Shown here: in pieces, positions 44,543-56,860 of the stretch
Position numbering within the stretch: position 1 is the first letter of the stretch
Layout of the letters: every line of letters begins with the position of its first letter
Assembly (NCBI GenBank): GCA_964016885.1
Contig: OZ024759.1
Location: 32,922,001-32,986,000, forward strand
Direction: 5' to 3'
DNA from: Eledone cirrhosa
Taxonomy: Eukaryota
Length of the DNA: 64,000 nucleotides
Notes under the pieces: model-generated
What the model saw: only the letters and a program-made list of their open reading frames with translations
Told to the model about the DNA's origin: nothing
The model's database searches: none
Made by a program: the position numbers and the translations under genes

Positions 44543-44906
44543 CAGCGACCGATACATTCTGGTTAGGTTAGTTTGCCTGTTGACAAAATTGGCAGCCATT
44601 GTGTTGCCCTTATTTCGGGTTCAGGCCCCTCTGTGTATAGACACGTGGTGGTACCACATACTCTAACCTTTCTTTGAAAATGTTATCTCTATGATATCTC
44701 GCCATACACAAAATAAAAAGTCATTTGTTCTCGAATATATCTTTTTCACTTGGTTCACTTTTACGTGGATTGTGAAAGTGAGTGAAAATTATTACTTTGA
44801 TGGACGCAGACTGTTAAACAGATCTAAATGTGGACCATGCAAATGTAGAGACGCCTTAAACTCCGATAAAGTAAAGGGAGACATCATCGGAGGGAAAACG
44901 GAAGGA

Positions 44907-45073
<167 letters not shown>

Positions 45074-45146
45074 TATATATATATATATATATATAAATAT
45101 ATATAAATATATATATAAATATATATATAAATATATATATATAAAT

Positions 45147-45223
<77 letters not shown>

Positions 45224-45254
45224 AATATATATAAATATATATATATATATAAAT

Positions 45255-45341
<87 letters not shown>

Positions 45342-45342
45342 T

Positions 45343-45426
45343 ACACTAATCTGAAGTTTCGCCTGCTTATGAGAGGTTCATCCAACAGATAAACAGGCGA
45401 AACTCCAGAGTACTTACTATTTAGCC
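45343..45426 (+). mobile_element. Family F short fold-back with 3' half of a hammerhead-like core
   Basis: CTGAAGTTTCGCCTG / CAGGCGAAACTCCAG inverted pair; CGAAACTCCAGAGTA...ACTATTTAGCC shared with 50520-50555. Confidence 0.55.
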
Positions 45427-45603
45427 TTAATATATATATATATATATATATATATAAGTGTGTGTGTGTGTGTGTGTGTGTGTGTTAGTCGTCCCCGCCA
45501 TCTTGATATTACACTGGGCTGATAAACATTGAAACAATTGTAAAAAGTTTGTACGTATGCTGCAACACTGACTTCGATTCTTCTTAATCTCTCTCTCCCT
45601 CTC

Positions 45604-45654
<51 letters not shown>

Positions 45655-45732
45655 ATACAGTATATATATATGTATGTGTGTATACAGTATATATATATGT
45701 ATGTGTGTATACAGTATATATATATGTATACA

Positions 45733-45796
<64 letters not shown>

Positions 45797-45808
45797 TATA
45801 TGTATATA

Positions 45809-45855
<47 letters not shown>

Positions 45856-45910
45856 TGTATATATAAATATACCTGACAATAGAAAAATATTATTAATAAT
45901 TTGGCGAGAA

Positions 45911-45946
45911 GCGGTCATGTTTCGACAAAGAGGTCTCTTCAGTGCA
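45911..45946 (-). ncRNA. Degenerate minimal hammerhead motif
   Basis: CTGAAGA-GAC-ctcttt-GTC-GAAA-CATG-AC; palindromic CATG but the U before the cleavage site is replaced by A. Confidence 0.55.
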
Positions 45947-46152
45947 GTCTAAAGTTTAAAAGAAAATTATGTGCTAGCTTTATAGTTCAGACAGAGTGAG
46001 AATAATTAGTAAAAGTACTTTATTGTGTTGAGTTGAGAAGTTTAAAGAGAGTTACGTGCAATTTAAAATGGCGTGTGAAATTGAAAGATACTTATTTCTT
46101 TAGCGTGGTAGGGGGCAGTTGAATACAAACTCTAGATAAATTCCTTGATGAT

Positions 46153-46183
<31 letters not shown>

Positions 46184-46298
46184 CGTGTGTGTGTGTGTCT
46201 GCATAAATTTGAATTTATCTATCTAGCTCTCCATCTATATATATATGTATATATTTATATATATATATACATACATACCCAGACACACACATATATAT

Positions 46299-46340
<42 letters not shown>

Positions 46341-46346
46341 TTATAC

Positions 46347-46390
<44 letters not shown>

Positions 46391-46785
46391 ATATATGTGT
46401 GTGCGTGTATATATGTATATATAAATATGTGTGTGTATATATGTGTGTCCGTATACATATGTTTGCATATGTGTGTCGGTCTATGGATAAGTCATTAAAT
46501 ATAGATAAGATCAATAGTATGACGAAACTACATTTATTGTTGGAGTTGTTTAGCCCTAGATTACCCGAGACTGAACAAAGATATGATCATATCAATATCA
46601 TCTGTACTTAAGGCACCAAACATCTACGACCTAATATAACAGTGTGGCGTCAAAAAGAGATTTCGTTACAATAACTTGAAGGTAGAATTAGTAGAGTCTT
46701 TAAACATGTCAGATTAAATGATTTGCATTCTTTGCTTCGATCTACGAAAGCTCTCTACTTACATATTTGATCTGCTAGCAATAGA

Positions 46786-47295
46786 AACTGGAAACCTCGT
46801 TATAGGTAACTCTGTAGAAAACATAAATGCCAGTGCCAGCCAAAACAAAAGACCAAGGCAGTCGTATTTGATCCGACAGGGAAGTAAAACCCAAACAAGA
46901 AAACTCAGTGTAGGAAATAGTGTAGAAAACCTCCTAAACGACACCGCTAGCCAAGACAAAGGGCTGAGGTAGTTGTATTTTACATGGAAACCCTTTCAAT
47001 TGTGAATAAAATCTTCTAAATTCCACCGCAAGCCCAGTTGAAAGTAGAATCCGAACTGGAAACCTGGTGATATGTAGCTGCATGGCAAAACTTCTAAATC
47101 ACCTCACTAGCCAATCCAAAGGACTGAGGCACTTGTATTTGATCCGACACAGGAAAGCCTGTAATTGTGAATCAAATCTTCTTCTAAATTCCACTGTTAG
47201 CCCAGCTAAAAAACCAGGACAGTTGAATACGAGCTGGAAAGCTGGTGGTTGTTGATTGCAAGAGCCAATCTTCCAAATCACACCGCTAGCCAAGC
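46786..47295 (+). repeat. Degenerate ~80-100 bp tandem array (CTTCTAAAT.CACCGCTAGCCAA), about 6 units
   Basis: Motif variants near 46835, 46935, 47013, 47090, 47181, 47270; GTATTTGATCCGACA twice. Confidence 0.65.
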
Positions 47296-47631
47296 GTCCA
47301 TATTGTAATTCTTTAGAGAGTTGTGAAAAAAGTTAGAAAAAATACTCAACCAAACTACGTCCTCCGCCCAACCGAAATACCCCCCGCCCCTTACTACCAC
47401 CACCACCATCTCTACTCCTACTACTACTGCTACTGCTGCTACTGCTACTACTACTACTACTACTCCACACTCCGTTCGTTACTACATTCAACGACAAAGC
47501 ATTTTTACACAATCTTTCGCTATTTTGAATCAGCTTTCCATTTCCGATTAAAACGCTACGTTTCACTGGAATAGAAAGAAAGCCAAAAAGAAAGAAAGAC
47601 AAAAAGAAAGACAAAAAGAAATATAGATACA

Positions 47632-47677
<46 letters not shown>

Positions 47678-48011
47678 GTAACACTAATAATAATAATAAT
47701 AATGATAATAAAATTCTGCAAGAGACTGGAAAGTTCTGGCGAATGGAAGGCTTGGCAAGTTTTACGAGTGAACTGCTAAGATATTTACAGTTAATAAACA
47801 CCAACAACATAAAATTAAATGTAAAAAAAAAAAAAAAAAAAAAGAAAAACACACACAACAACAAAACAAAATACAAACAACAACAACACTAATAACAATG
47901 ACAACAACAAATGAAATGAAGGAAGAAGAAAAGCTTTGAAATAGGAAGTGAATATAGAGAATTACGATATATATATATAGAGAGTTATATTATATATATG
48001 GAGAGAGTTAC

Positions 48012-48087
<76 letters not shown>

Positions 48088-48197
48088 TAGAGTTACATTA
48101 TATATATATAGAGAGAGTTATATTATATATATAGAGATAGAGTTAAACATATATATAGAGAGAGAGAATTACTAAATATTTATATAGAAAGAGAGTT

Positions 48198-48245
<48 letters not shown>

Positions 48246-48470
48246 TATATATATATATATAGAGAGAGAGAGAATTAAAATATAAATATAGTTTGGACTG
48301 TGAAATAATTTAAACTAAAAAACATTTTTTCTTTGGGTTGATTTCCAAGAATTATTTCAATTGGAAGAAATTTTACAATTTTGTACATGTTGATGTTGCT
48401 GTTGTTGATATTGGTATCGTTGTTAAAGTTTTTGTTGTATATATATATATATATATATATGTGAAACAAT

Positions 48471-48542
<72 letters not shown>

Positions 48543-48675
48543 CTATTAGTTAAGACCAGTTAGACTATTATTTAACTCTCAACTCTCAACTTAGGTAAAG
48601 TAGTGTCTATATACACACATATATATCTATCTCATATATATATACATATATATATGTATGTATATATATGTGTTA

Positions 48676-48713
<38 letters not shown>

Positions 48714-48716
<3 letters not shown>

Positions 48717-48766
48717 TGTTACACACGTTTTCAGATAAAGAATCTTGGTAAACAAATTCAGAAACG

Positions 48767-48769
<3 letters not shown>
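48714..48769 (+). mobile_element. Minimal family B insertion (8-nt inverted stub + ~47-nt tail)
   Basis: TATTGTTA (start of the inverted arm at 53183) fused to CACACGTTTTCAGATAAAGAATCTTGGTAAACAAATTCAGAAACGAA, between (TA)n tracts. Confidence 0.75.
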
Positions 48770-48821
<52 letters not shown>

Positions 48822-48990
48822 ACAACAACAACAAAAACTTTAACAACAATACCAATATCAACAACACCAACACACACATATATATATATATATATATGTA
48901 TACATATATATATATATATACATTTATCTCATGCAGAAATGACTTTTACAATATCAGCACTGTTTCACTCTTTTAAAATCATCAGGTATG

Positions 48991-49021
<31 letters not shown>

Positions 49022-49689
49022 GTACAATGACGAAACAACCTAACAGAATTCGCATGACTTGTCTCATTTTACACAGACACACACACAAACACAGAAACAC
49101 ACACACACACATACACTACAACACACACATTCACACACACATATACAAAGGAAACGGTTTACCTATTTTTTTGTTTCCTTTTCACACAAGAATTATTCTC
49201 CCTGAATAGTTTTGAAAGGAATTTTTTCTTTGTTATTTTCCTGCAACATATGCTATCTCTCTCCTCCATCTCTTCCCCCTCTGTATATGTACCAGTCTAT
49301 CTATCTATCTCTCTAAATATCATATATATATCTGTGTGTGTGTGCGTGTAAATATATTATTCTTTTCTCAGCTCCCCAATACTTTATTCTGATGGAACCA
49401 CAGACGTAGATAAATGATATTATGCAAAGTTGGATAAAATTAAACGAACAAAATGTAAATAGGAAATTCATGACAAGAAATCATATAAATAAATATACAA
49501 ATATATATATATATATATATATATACAATTCTATAGATAAATATACAAATGCATATATATATAAATATATAAATGAATTCATAAACATATATAAATGCAT
49601 ATACAAATATAAAAAATATATACATATATATTTGTATATATAAATATATATACAAATATATATATATAAATTTAAATATATAAAAAAGT

Positions 49690-49720
<31 letters not shown>

Positions 49721-50148
49721 TATATAAATATCTCGTATATATACAAATATATGAGAACGCAAATCTGATAAATATTATTTACATAAACATTTTTTCTCCC
49801 AGTTTGCTTAAAATAATAAATACACAATTTATTCTGCAGAAAAGTACAAATTCTAAATAGTGTTTTTGGCGAAATCAGTTGATAATTTATAATTCACAAC
49901 TTTCAATTTAATATAATCTTACATTTTATCATTAAAAATAGAAATTTATATCTATGCTGCCACCCACGAAAAAAACAAAACAAAATAAAAACACACACAC
50001 ACACAATAAAAACAGCTTATAGATTTAGGTATGACTATGATTTAAGGAGTTCGTTTCGTAACATTGTAGCTCTAAGAAGGAAGCGGCACTTTTACATTGA
50101 ATAATACCTTGACAGTAGGATATGGTATACACAACCAGTAGAAACCCG

Positions 50149-50204
<56 letters not shown>

Positions 50205-50209
<5 letters not shown>

Positions 50210-50442
50210 AAAGATAAACAGAAATAACAACACAATCGGTACAGTATATGGAAGGGATATATTAAATTAACACTTGAGATAGCAGGATGACGGTCTCAAC
50301 GTTTCGGACGCTGGTCCTTCATCAGAAGAAAGAATGAGAAATAAGATAGATTGAGGGGATGGGTGGGTTGGAATTGGAAAAATGTCTTTAGATAAAAATA
50401 ACAAGTCCATCCATGTTGACACCTCCTGCAAAACTGTTGGTG

Positions 50443-50445
<3 letters not shown>
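50205..50445 (-). mobile_element. Family D ~240-bp element in (TA)n
   Basis: Reverse-complement homolog of 31826-32067 over its full length. Confidence 0.85.
50294..50329 (-). ncRNA. Minimal type I hammerhead motif (family D)
   Basis: TCTT-CTGATGA-A-GGAC-cagc-GTCC-GAAA-CG-TT-GAGA; stem I TCTT/GAGA, palindrome AACGTT in place of stem III. Confidence 0.8.
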
Positions 50446-50505
<60 letters not shown>

Positions 50506-50568
50506 GACACTGTGAAAGAGCAGTCGAAACTCCAGAGTAACAAAACTATTTAGCCATACTAAATATAG

Positions 50569-51678
50569 TGTCGATGGTTCTAGCAACGAAGTGTAGATGA
50601 GTCTAGCGACGAGGTGTAGATAGTTCTAGAAACAAGGTGTAGATAGTTCTAGCAACGAAGTGTAGATAGTTCTAGAAACGCGGTGTAGATGGTTCTAGCA
50701 ACAAGGTGTAGATAGGTCTGGCAACGAGATGTAGATAGTTCTAGAAACGAGGTGTAGATAGTTCTAACAACGAGGGGTAGATAGTTCTAACAATGAGGTG
50801 TGGATAGTTCTAACAACGAGGTGTAGATAGTTCTAACAATGAGGTGTAGATAGTTCTAACAACGAGGGGTAGATAGTTCTAACAATGAGGGGTAGATAGT
50901 TCTAACAACGAGGTGTAGATAGTTCTAACAACGAGGTGTAGATAGTTCTAACAACGAGGTGTAGATAGTTCTAACAACGAGGTGGAGACAGTTCTAACAA
51001 CGAGGTGTAGATAGTTCTAGGAACGAGGTGTAGATAGTTCTAACAACGAGGTGTAGATAGTTCTAACAACGAGGTGTAGATAGTTCTAGGAACGAGGTGT
51101 AGACAGTTCTAACAACGAGGTGTAGACAGTTCTAACAACGAGGTGTAGACAGTTCTAACAACAAGGTGTAGATAGTTCTAGGAACGAGGTGTAGATAGTT
51201 CTAACAACGAGGTGTAGACAGTTCTAGCAACGAGGTGTAGATAGTTCTAGGAACGAGGTGTAGATAGTTCTAACAACGAGGTGTAGATAGTTCTAACAAC
51301 GAGGTGTAGATAGTTCTAACAACGAGGTGTAGATAGTTCTAGAAACGAGGTGTAGATAGTTCTAACAACGAGGTGTAGATAGTTCTAGCAACGAAGCGTA
51401 GATAGTTCTAGCAACGAAGTGTAGATAGTTCTAGAAACGAGGTGTAGATAGTTCTGACAACGAGGTGTAGATAGTTCTAACAATGAGGGGTAGATAGTTC
51501 TAACAACGAGGTGTAGATAGTTCTAGAAACGAGGTGTAGATAGTTCTGACAACGAGGTGCAGATAGTTCTAGTAACGAAGTGTAGATAGTTCTCGCAACG
51601 AGATGTAGATAGTTCTAGAAACGAGGTGTAGATAGTTCTAGAAACAAGGTGTAGATAGTTCTAGTAACGAAGTGTAGA
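50569..51678. repeat. 23-bp minisatellite AGGTGTAGATAGTTCTAACAACG (~48 copies)
   Basis: Directly visible head-to-tail array with no spacers. Confidence 0.97.
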
Positions 51679-51849
51679 AACGTTCACGTTCTCTTCAATG
51701 AAAATGATTGCAGAGAAAGGCAGATGTTGTCCGTTTTAATGAGTTGTTGGCAGAATTACAGCAGCAGCAGCAGATACAGTACTTGCAATAGTTGTAACAG
51801 TAATACAAGTTGTAGTATTGGTATTAGAATTATTATTATTATTAATATT

Positions 51850-52100
51850 AATAACTGTTTCTACTTTTGGCACAAGGCCAGCAATTACCCCAGTGCATTA
51901 CTGGTACTTCATTTTATCGACTTTATTTTAAGGATGAAAGGCAAAGTTAACCTCGGCGGGATTTGAACTCAGAACGTAAAGGGACGTAACTGTGCTGCAA
52001 TGTATGGCGTCCGACTATCTACCGATACTGCCAATCCACCGCGCAACCAGTAATGCACTGGGTAATTGCTGGCCTTGTGCCTAAAGTAGAAACAATTATT
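51850..52100. mobile_element. Full minus-strand Meta-like SINE (51850-52042) abutting a plus-strand 3' fragment (52046-52100)
   Basis: Similarity to 30742-30933; the two 3' ends form an inverted repeat. Confidence 0.9.
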
Positions 52101-52799
52101 AATAGTAATAATGATAGTACTACTACTACTTGTACTACTAGTAGTACAAGTAGTAGTAAAACCGGAAATAAAGAGATAAATACTAGCTATACACTATTTT
52201 TTCGTTTGCTGAAAATAATTTCAATTCATTTTACATTCCATATTAGTAGAGAGAGAGGGAGAGAGATAGAGAGAAAGAGAGAGAGCATTTGAGAGAGACA
52301 GAGAGTGGTGGGAGGAAGGAGACAAACTTAAATAGCAAGACGGCGAGACAGACAAATAGACAAACGGACAAAATATAAGACTGAATGAAAGATAGACAGA
52401 AAAAAAATGAATACAATTTGTTGGTAGTGTGAGACAAAAAAGAACAAACGAATACAAAAGCAAAAGAACAACAAAAACAAACAGATAAAATAAGAAAAAG
52501 CATATATAAGTCACAAAATATGAAAAAAGCATATATACGTCACAATAGAGAACGTTCATTAAGACGAGTAAAGAATTGTTACAAGTCAGCTGAATAGAGA
52601 AGACAGAAACTATAAGCTATATCATGTCTGGTCTTAGTAGATGATATATACATATGAATCTAATAAACCTTTATTTGTCTGCCTCTCTGTTTTGTTTCCG
52701 TATAAATTTGCACTATATATTTATATATAACTAGCTTACATTTCTAATAATATATATATATATATATATATATAAAACCCCACTTTCTAATAAATATAT

Positions 52800-53028
52800 A
52801 AAACCTCACTTTCTAATATATATATATATTAGAAAGTGAGGTTTTTTACGAAATGAAAAATAACCGAGGTGTCCTACACGAGTGAAAGTATAAGGAAAAA
52901 AGATGAAATCTAAAATGCAACTGGAGTCTTTTTAAAAAAAAATATATATTAATTTGGTTGCTTTATCGGTTTCGCAGTTCTTCTGCTTTTCAAAAGTAGA
53001 GTTGAGATGGAGGGTTTGTGTTTTTTCT
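52800..53028 (-). mobile_element. Family E element with degenerate hammerhead (52961-52996) and terminal palindrome
   Basis: Minus strand CTT-TTGAAAA-GCAG-aagaa-CTGC-GAAA-CCGA-TA-AAG; AAAACCTCACTTTCTAA(TA)nTTAGAAAGTGAGGTTTT palindrome at 52800-52845. Confidence 0.6.
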
Positions 53029-53044
53029 CACACACACACACACA

Positions 53045-53168
<124 letters not shown>

Positions 53169-53182
53169 TGTATATATATATA

Positions 53183-53718
53183 TATTGTTATACTTTGGGA
53201 GGGTCATGTTGCCAATAAGAAACACACGCACCAGTTGCTTTCACTTCAATTTATTATAATACATTTATAAATTTCCGGTTGGTTGGTTGGTTCCACAACC
53301 AGATGGTTGTTTATATATTGTCAAAGTTCTTTCGTCACACATTCTGTGACCTCTTCAGTGACTGGGGATTCTTTTCTTTGTTTTTTGTGCCTCTTTGTGT
53401 CACACACAGAAACAAGATGGCGTTGGACAGAACAAAGGAGAGGCACAAAAAACAAAGAAAAGAATCCCCAGTCACTGAAGAGGTTACAGAATGTGTGACG
53501 AAATATTTTGACAATATATAAACAACGATCTGGTTGTGGAACCAACCAACCAACCGGAAATTTATAAATTCCTAAATTTATAAATTTATTATAATAAAAT
53601 GAAAGCAACTGGTGCGTGTGTTTCTTATTGGCAACATGACCCTCCCAAAGTATAACAATATCGGTTTCAACACACGTTTTCAGATAAAGAATCTTGCTAA
53701 ACAAATTCAGAAACTAAA
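53183..53718. mobile_element. Family B head-to-head fold-back (~210-220 bp arms, ~58-nt tail) with two outward-facing hammerheads
   Basis: 53183-53394 is an inverted copy of 53439-53660; ATG at 53636 reads [26 protein letters not shown] into (TA)n. Confidence 0.88.
53320..53362 (-). ncRNA. Intact-looking minimal type I hammerhead (family B)
   Basis: GTCA-CTGAAGA-G-GTCACA-gaatg-TGTGAC-GAAA-GAAC-TT-TGAC; perfect 4-bp stem I and 6-bp stem II; degenerate partner on + at 53471-53512. Confidence 0.82.
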
Positions 53719-53729
53719 TATATATATAT

Positions 53730-53798
<69 letters not shown>

Positions 53799-53804
53799 TA
53801 TATG

Positions 53805-53946
<142 letters not shown>

Positions 53947-54060
53947 TAAGAGGAATTCCAACTTTGTCTGATTTACTCGTTTTATTTACAATCCTTTAAA
54001 ATATATATAATGGTATTATAATGAAATAGTATGATAGAATATTAAATTCTAAGTGTTAAT

Positions 54061-54099
54061 TGAACAAGTACTTTCATGCTTTCGCAATCTTCAGGTTCA
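54061..54099 (-). ncRNA. Minimal type I hammerhead (P6, minus copy)
   Basis: Exact reverse complement of 54163-54201. Confidence 0.8.
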
Positions 54100-54162
54100 T
54101 GATATGTGGTGACAGTCGAGTTTGCAGTTGAAAATTGCAAACTCGACTGTCACCACATATCA

Positions 54163-54201
54163 TGAACCTGAAGATTGCGAAAGCATGAAAGTACTTGTTC
54201 A
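54163..54201 (+). ncRNA. Minimal type I hammerhead (P6, plus copy)
   Basis: TGAAC-CTGAAGA-T-TGC-GAAA-GCA-T-GAA-AGTACT-T-GTTCA: 5-bp stem I, GNRA-capped stem II, palindromic stem III. Confidence 0.8.
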
Positions 54202-54603
54202 ATTAACACTTAGAATTTAATATTCTATCATACTATTTCATTATAATACCATTATATATATTTTAAAGGATTGTAAATAAAACGAGTAAATCAGACAAAG
54301 TTGGAATTCCTCTTATTAATATAATCTTCTATACACAATCATACACAGCCGTGTATATTTACCTATCTATATCTATATATATTAGCTCTCCTCTTTGTTG
54401 TTATCTTGTCTCACTCGCTTTACGCGTTTTAATTGTCCTAATAACTTAATTTAGTTATTATTGCACCGACGTGAGGTATATGATTTTTAATGCAATGAAA
54501 TATCTATGATCGTCGGCAAATCACTGATGAGGGACTTATTTTATTACATGTTATCCATGTGCAACCTGCAGTATTCTTCTCCCCATCTTTTCATATATAT
54601 ATG

Positions 54604-54634
<31 letters not shown>

Positions 54635-54676
54635 GGGAGGAGGTTATAGTTCACTTGAAACTTCTTCAAGTGAAAC

Positions 54677-54726
<50 letters not shown>

Positions 54727-54727
54727 G

Positions 54728-54786
<59 letters not shown>

Positions 54787-54803
54787 GCATATATGTATAT
54801 ATG

Positions 54804-54836
<33 letters not shown>

Positions 54837-54843
54837 GTATATG

Positions 54844-54908
<65 letters not shown>

Positions 54909-54955
54909 GTATATATATATATATAGCACTAACACTATTACCATAGAGAGAGTAG

Positions 54956-55076
54956 TGCGGTGGACTGGAAGTATATCGTTAGAGGGTTGGACGCCATGCT
55001 TTGTCGCATAGAGTTACGACCCTTGCCATTCTGAGTTCAAATCCCGCCGAGGTTAACTTTGCCTTTCGTCCTTACG
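54956..55076 (+). mobile_element. Meta-like SINE, 3' truncated
   Basis: Head GCGGTGGA.TGG..., B box GAGTTCAAATCC, GGTTAACTTTGCCTTTCGTCCTTACG. Confidence 0.85.
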
Positions 55077-55298
55077 AAATATATATGTGCGTGTGTGTGT
55101 AAGTCAATTACAACTGTTATCGTATGCTAAGAATATGCAATATATCTGTACTCTAGACTTTTGCTTATATATATATATATATTAATATATATATATATAT
55201 TAATATATATATATGTATATTAATATATATATATATATATTAATATGTATATATATATATATATATTAATATGTATATATATATATATATATATATTA

Positions 55299-55339
<41 letters not shown>

Positions 55340-55367
55340 TATGTATATATATATATATATATATTAT

Positions 55368-55462
<95 letters not shown>

Positions 55463-55467
55463 CTATG

Positions 55468-55506
<39 letters not shown>

Positions 55507-55919
55507 CGAGCGAGAGATGTGGGAGAGAGAGAAAATGGCGTTTGTTTTAAAGTTAATTATTAAAGTGGTTTTTCATAAATATTTTGTTGCTTGATTTGGA
55601 ACGGAAATTTAAATTTCTTTCTTTAAATATCTGCTTCTGTTGTCATGCATGCATGCATGCATGCATGCATGCATGTATGTATGTATGTATGTATGTATGT
55701 ATGTATGTATGTATGTATGTATGTATGTATGTATGTATGCATGCATGCATGCATGCATGCATGCATGCATGTATGTATGTATGTATGTATGTATGTGTGT
55801 ATGTGTGTATGTATGAATGTATGTATGTGTATCTATGTATGTATGTGTATATGCATTATATGTATGTATATATGGATGTATGTTCTTCTGGTTTTATAAT
55901 TTCACAAATGTTTGCCAAT

Positions 55920-55950
<31 letters not shown>

Positions 55951-56544
55951 TTCTAACATAGACACAATACTCGCTCATTGGAATTTACACAACATCAACT
56001 AGGTAGATATGTATGTATGTCTGCATGTATGTGTAAATATGGATGTTATTGTATGTGTGGATGTGTATGTTTTGAGTTATATGTGTGCATGTGTATACGC
56101 TTTGTATCTGTACATATGCAGTTATTAGATGCAACATTTTTGGAATGTTTTATATATTTTTACTGTTCCATTAATGGATTGTACTTGTAATTTCCTAACT
56201 AGTTGTATTCTTTTTGTTCCTGTGATGTCCGGGTTCTCAAGATTTGTATTGAGCCAGTTACTAACATCCCAGTGCCCCAATAGTCACAGGCATATGTATG
56301 TATGTATGTATGTATGTCAAGGCAGAATTCTAGGTGAAGGAAAACTCTGATATTATACCTGCAACCCTGATGGTATCCAATGATGTTGACTTGTTCTTCT
56401 TTTTGGTAAATATCATCTTGGTTAAGAGAGTGGGACTGGCTGTGTGCAGTGCCTTTGCTCACTCTAAAAGCTTCACGGCACAGGCATTGCTTTATATCTG
56501 GAGATCTCTCTGCACTTGTCGTCACATGGTACCATGCACTATGT

Positions 56545-56860
56545 GTCAATAATTGTCACAAGTGTAGTGTTTGTGCCAGAGTTTTCAAGTCGCTGGATGG
56601 ACTAAAAAGTCACTCGTTCAGCGCATTGGTAGGGGTTCCCCTACATGGATATAAAGTAGTGGCCGTACTTGAAAACGAGTTGGCAGCCACCATGTATGTA
56701 TGTATGTATGTATGTATGTATGTATGTATGTATGCATGTATGTATGTATGTATGTATGTATGTATGTATGTATGTATGTATGTATGCATGTATGTATGTA
56801 TGTATGTATGTATGCATGTATGTATGTATGTATGTATGTATGTATGTATGTATGTATGTG
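56545..56860 (+). mobile_element. Probable RTE/BovB-like LINE 3' end with C2H2-type motif and (TATG)n tail
   Basis: HKCSVCARVFKSLDGLKSH resembles the terminal CxxCxRxFxSxxGLxSH motif of RTE ORFs; short 3' region with CTTG-AAAA-CGAG hairpin runs into (TATG)n. Confidence 0.6.

Noticed and set aside
50569-51678. CRISPR-like 23-bp repeats
   Set aside because: No unique spacers, no cas genes, eukaryotic context.
54524-54575. CTGATGAGGGA...TCC possible hammerhead
   Set aside because: Second core box absent and stems unconvincing.
56550-56615. Host C2H2 zinc-finger gene
   Set aside because: Single incomplete finger without linker, followed by a LINE-like tail; better explained as an RTE C-terminus.
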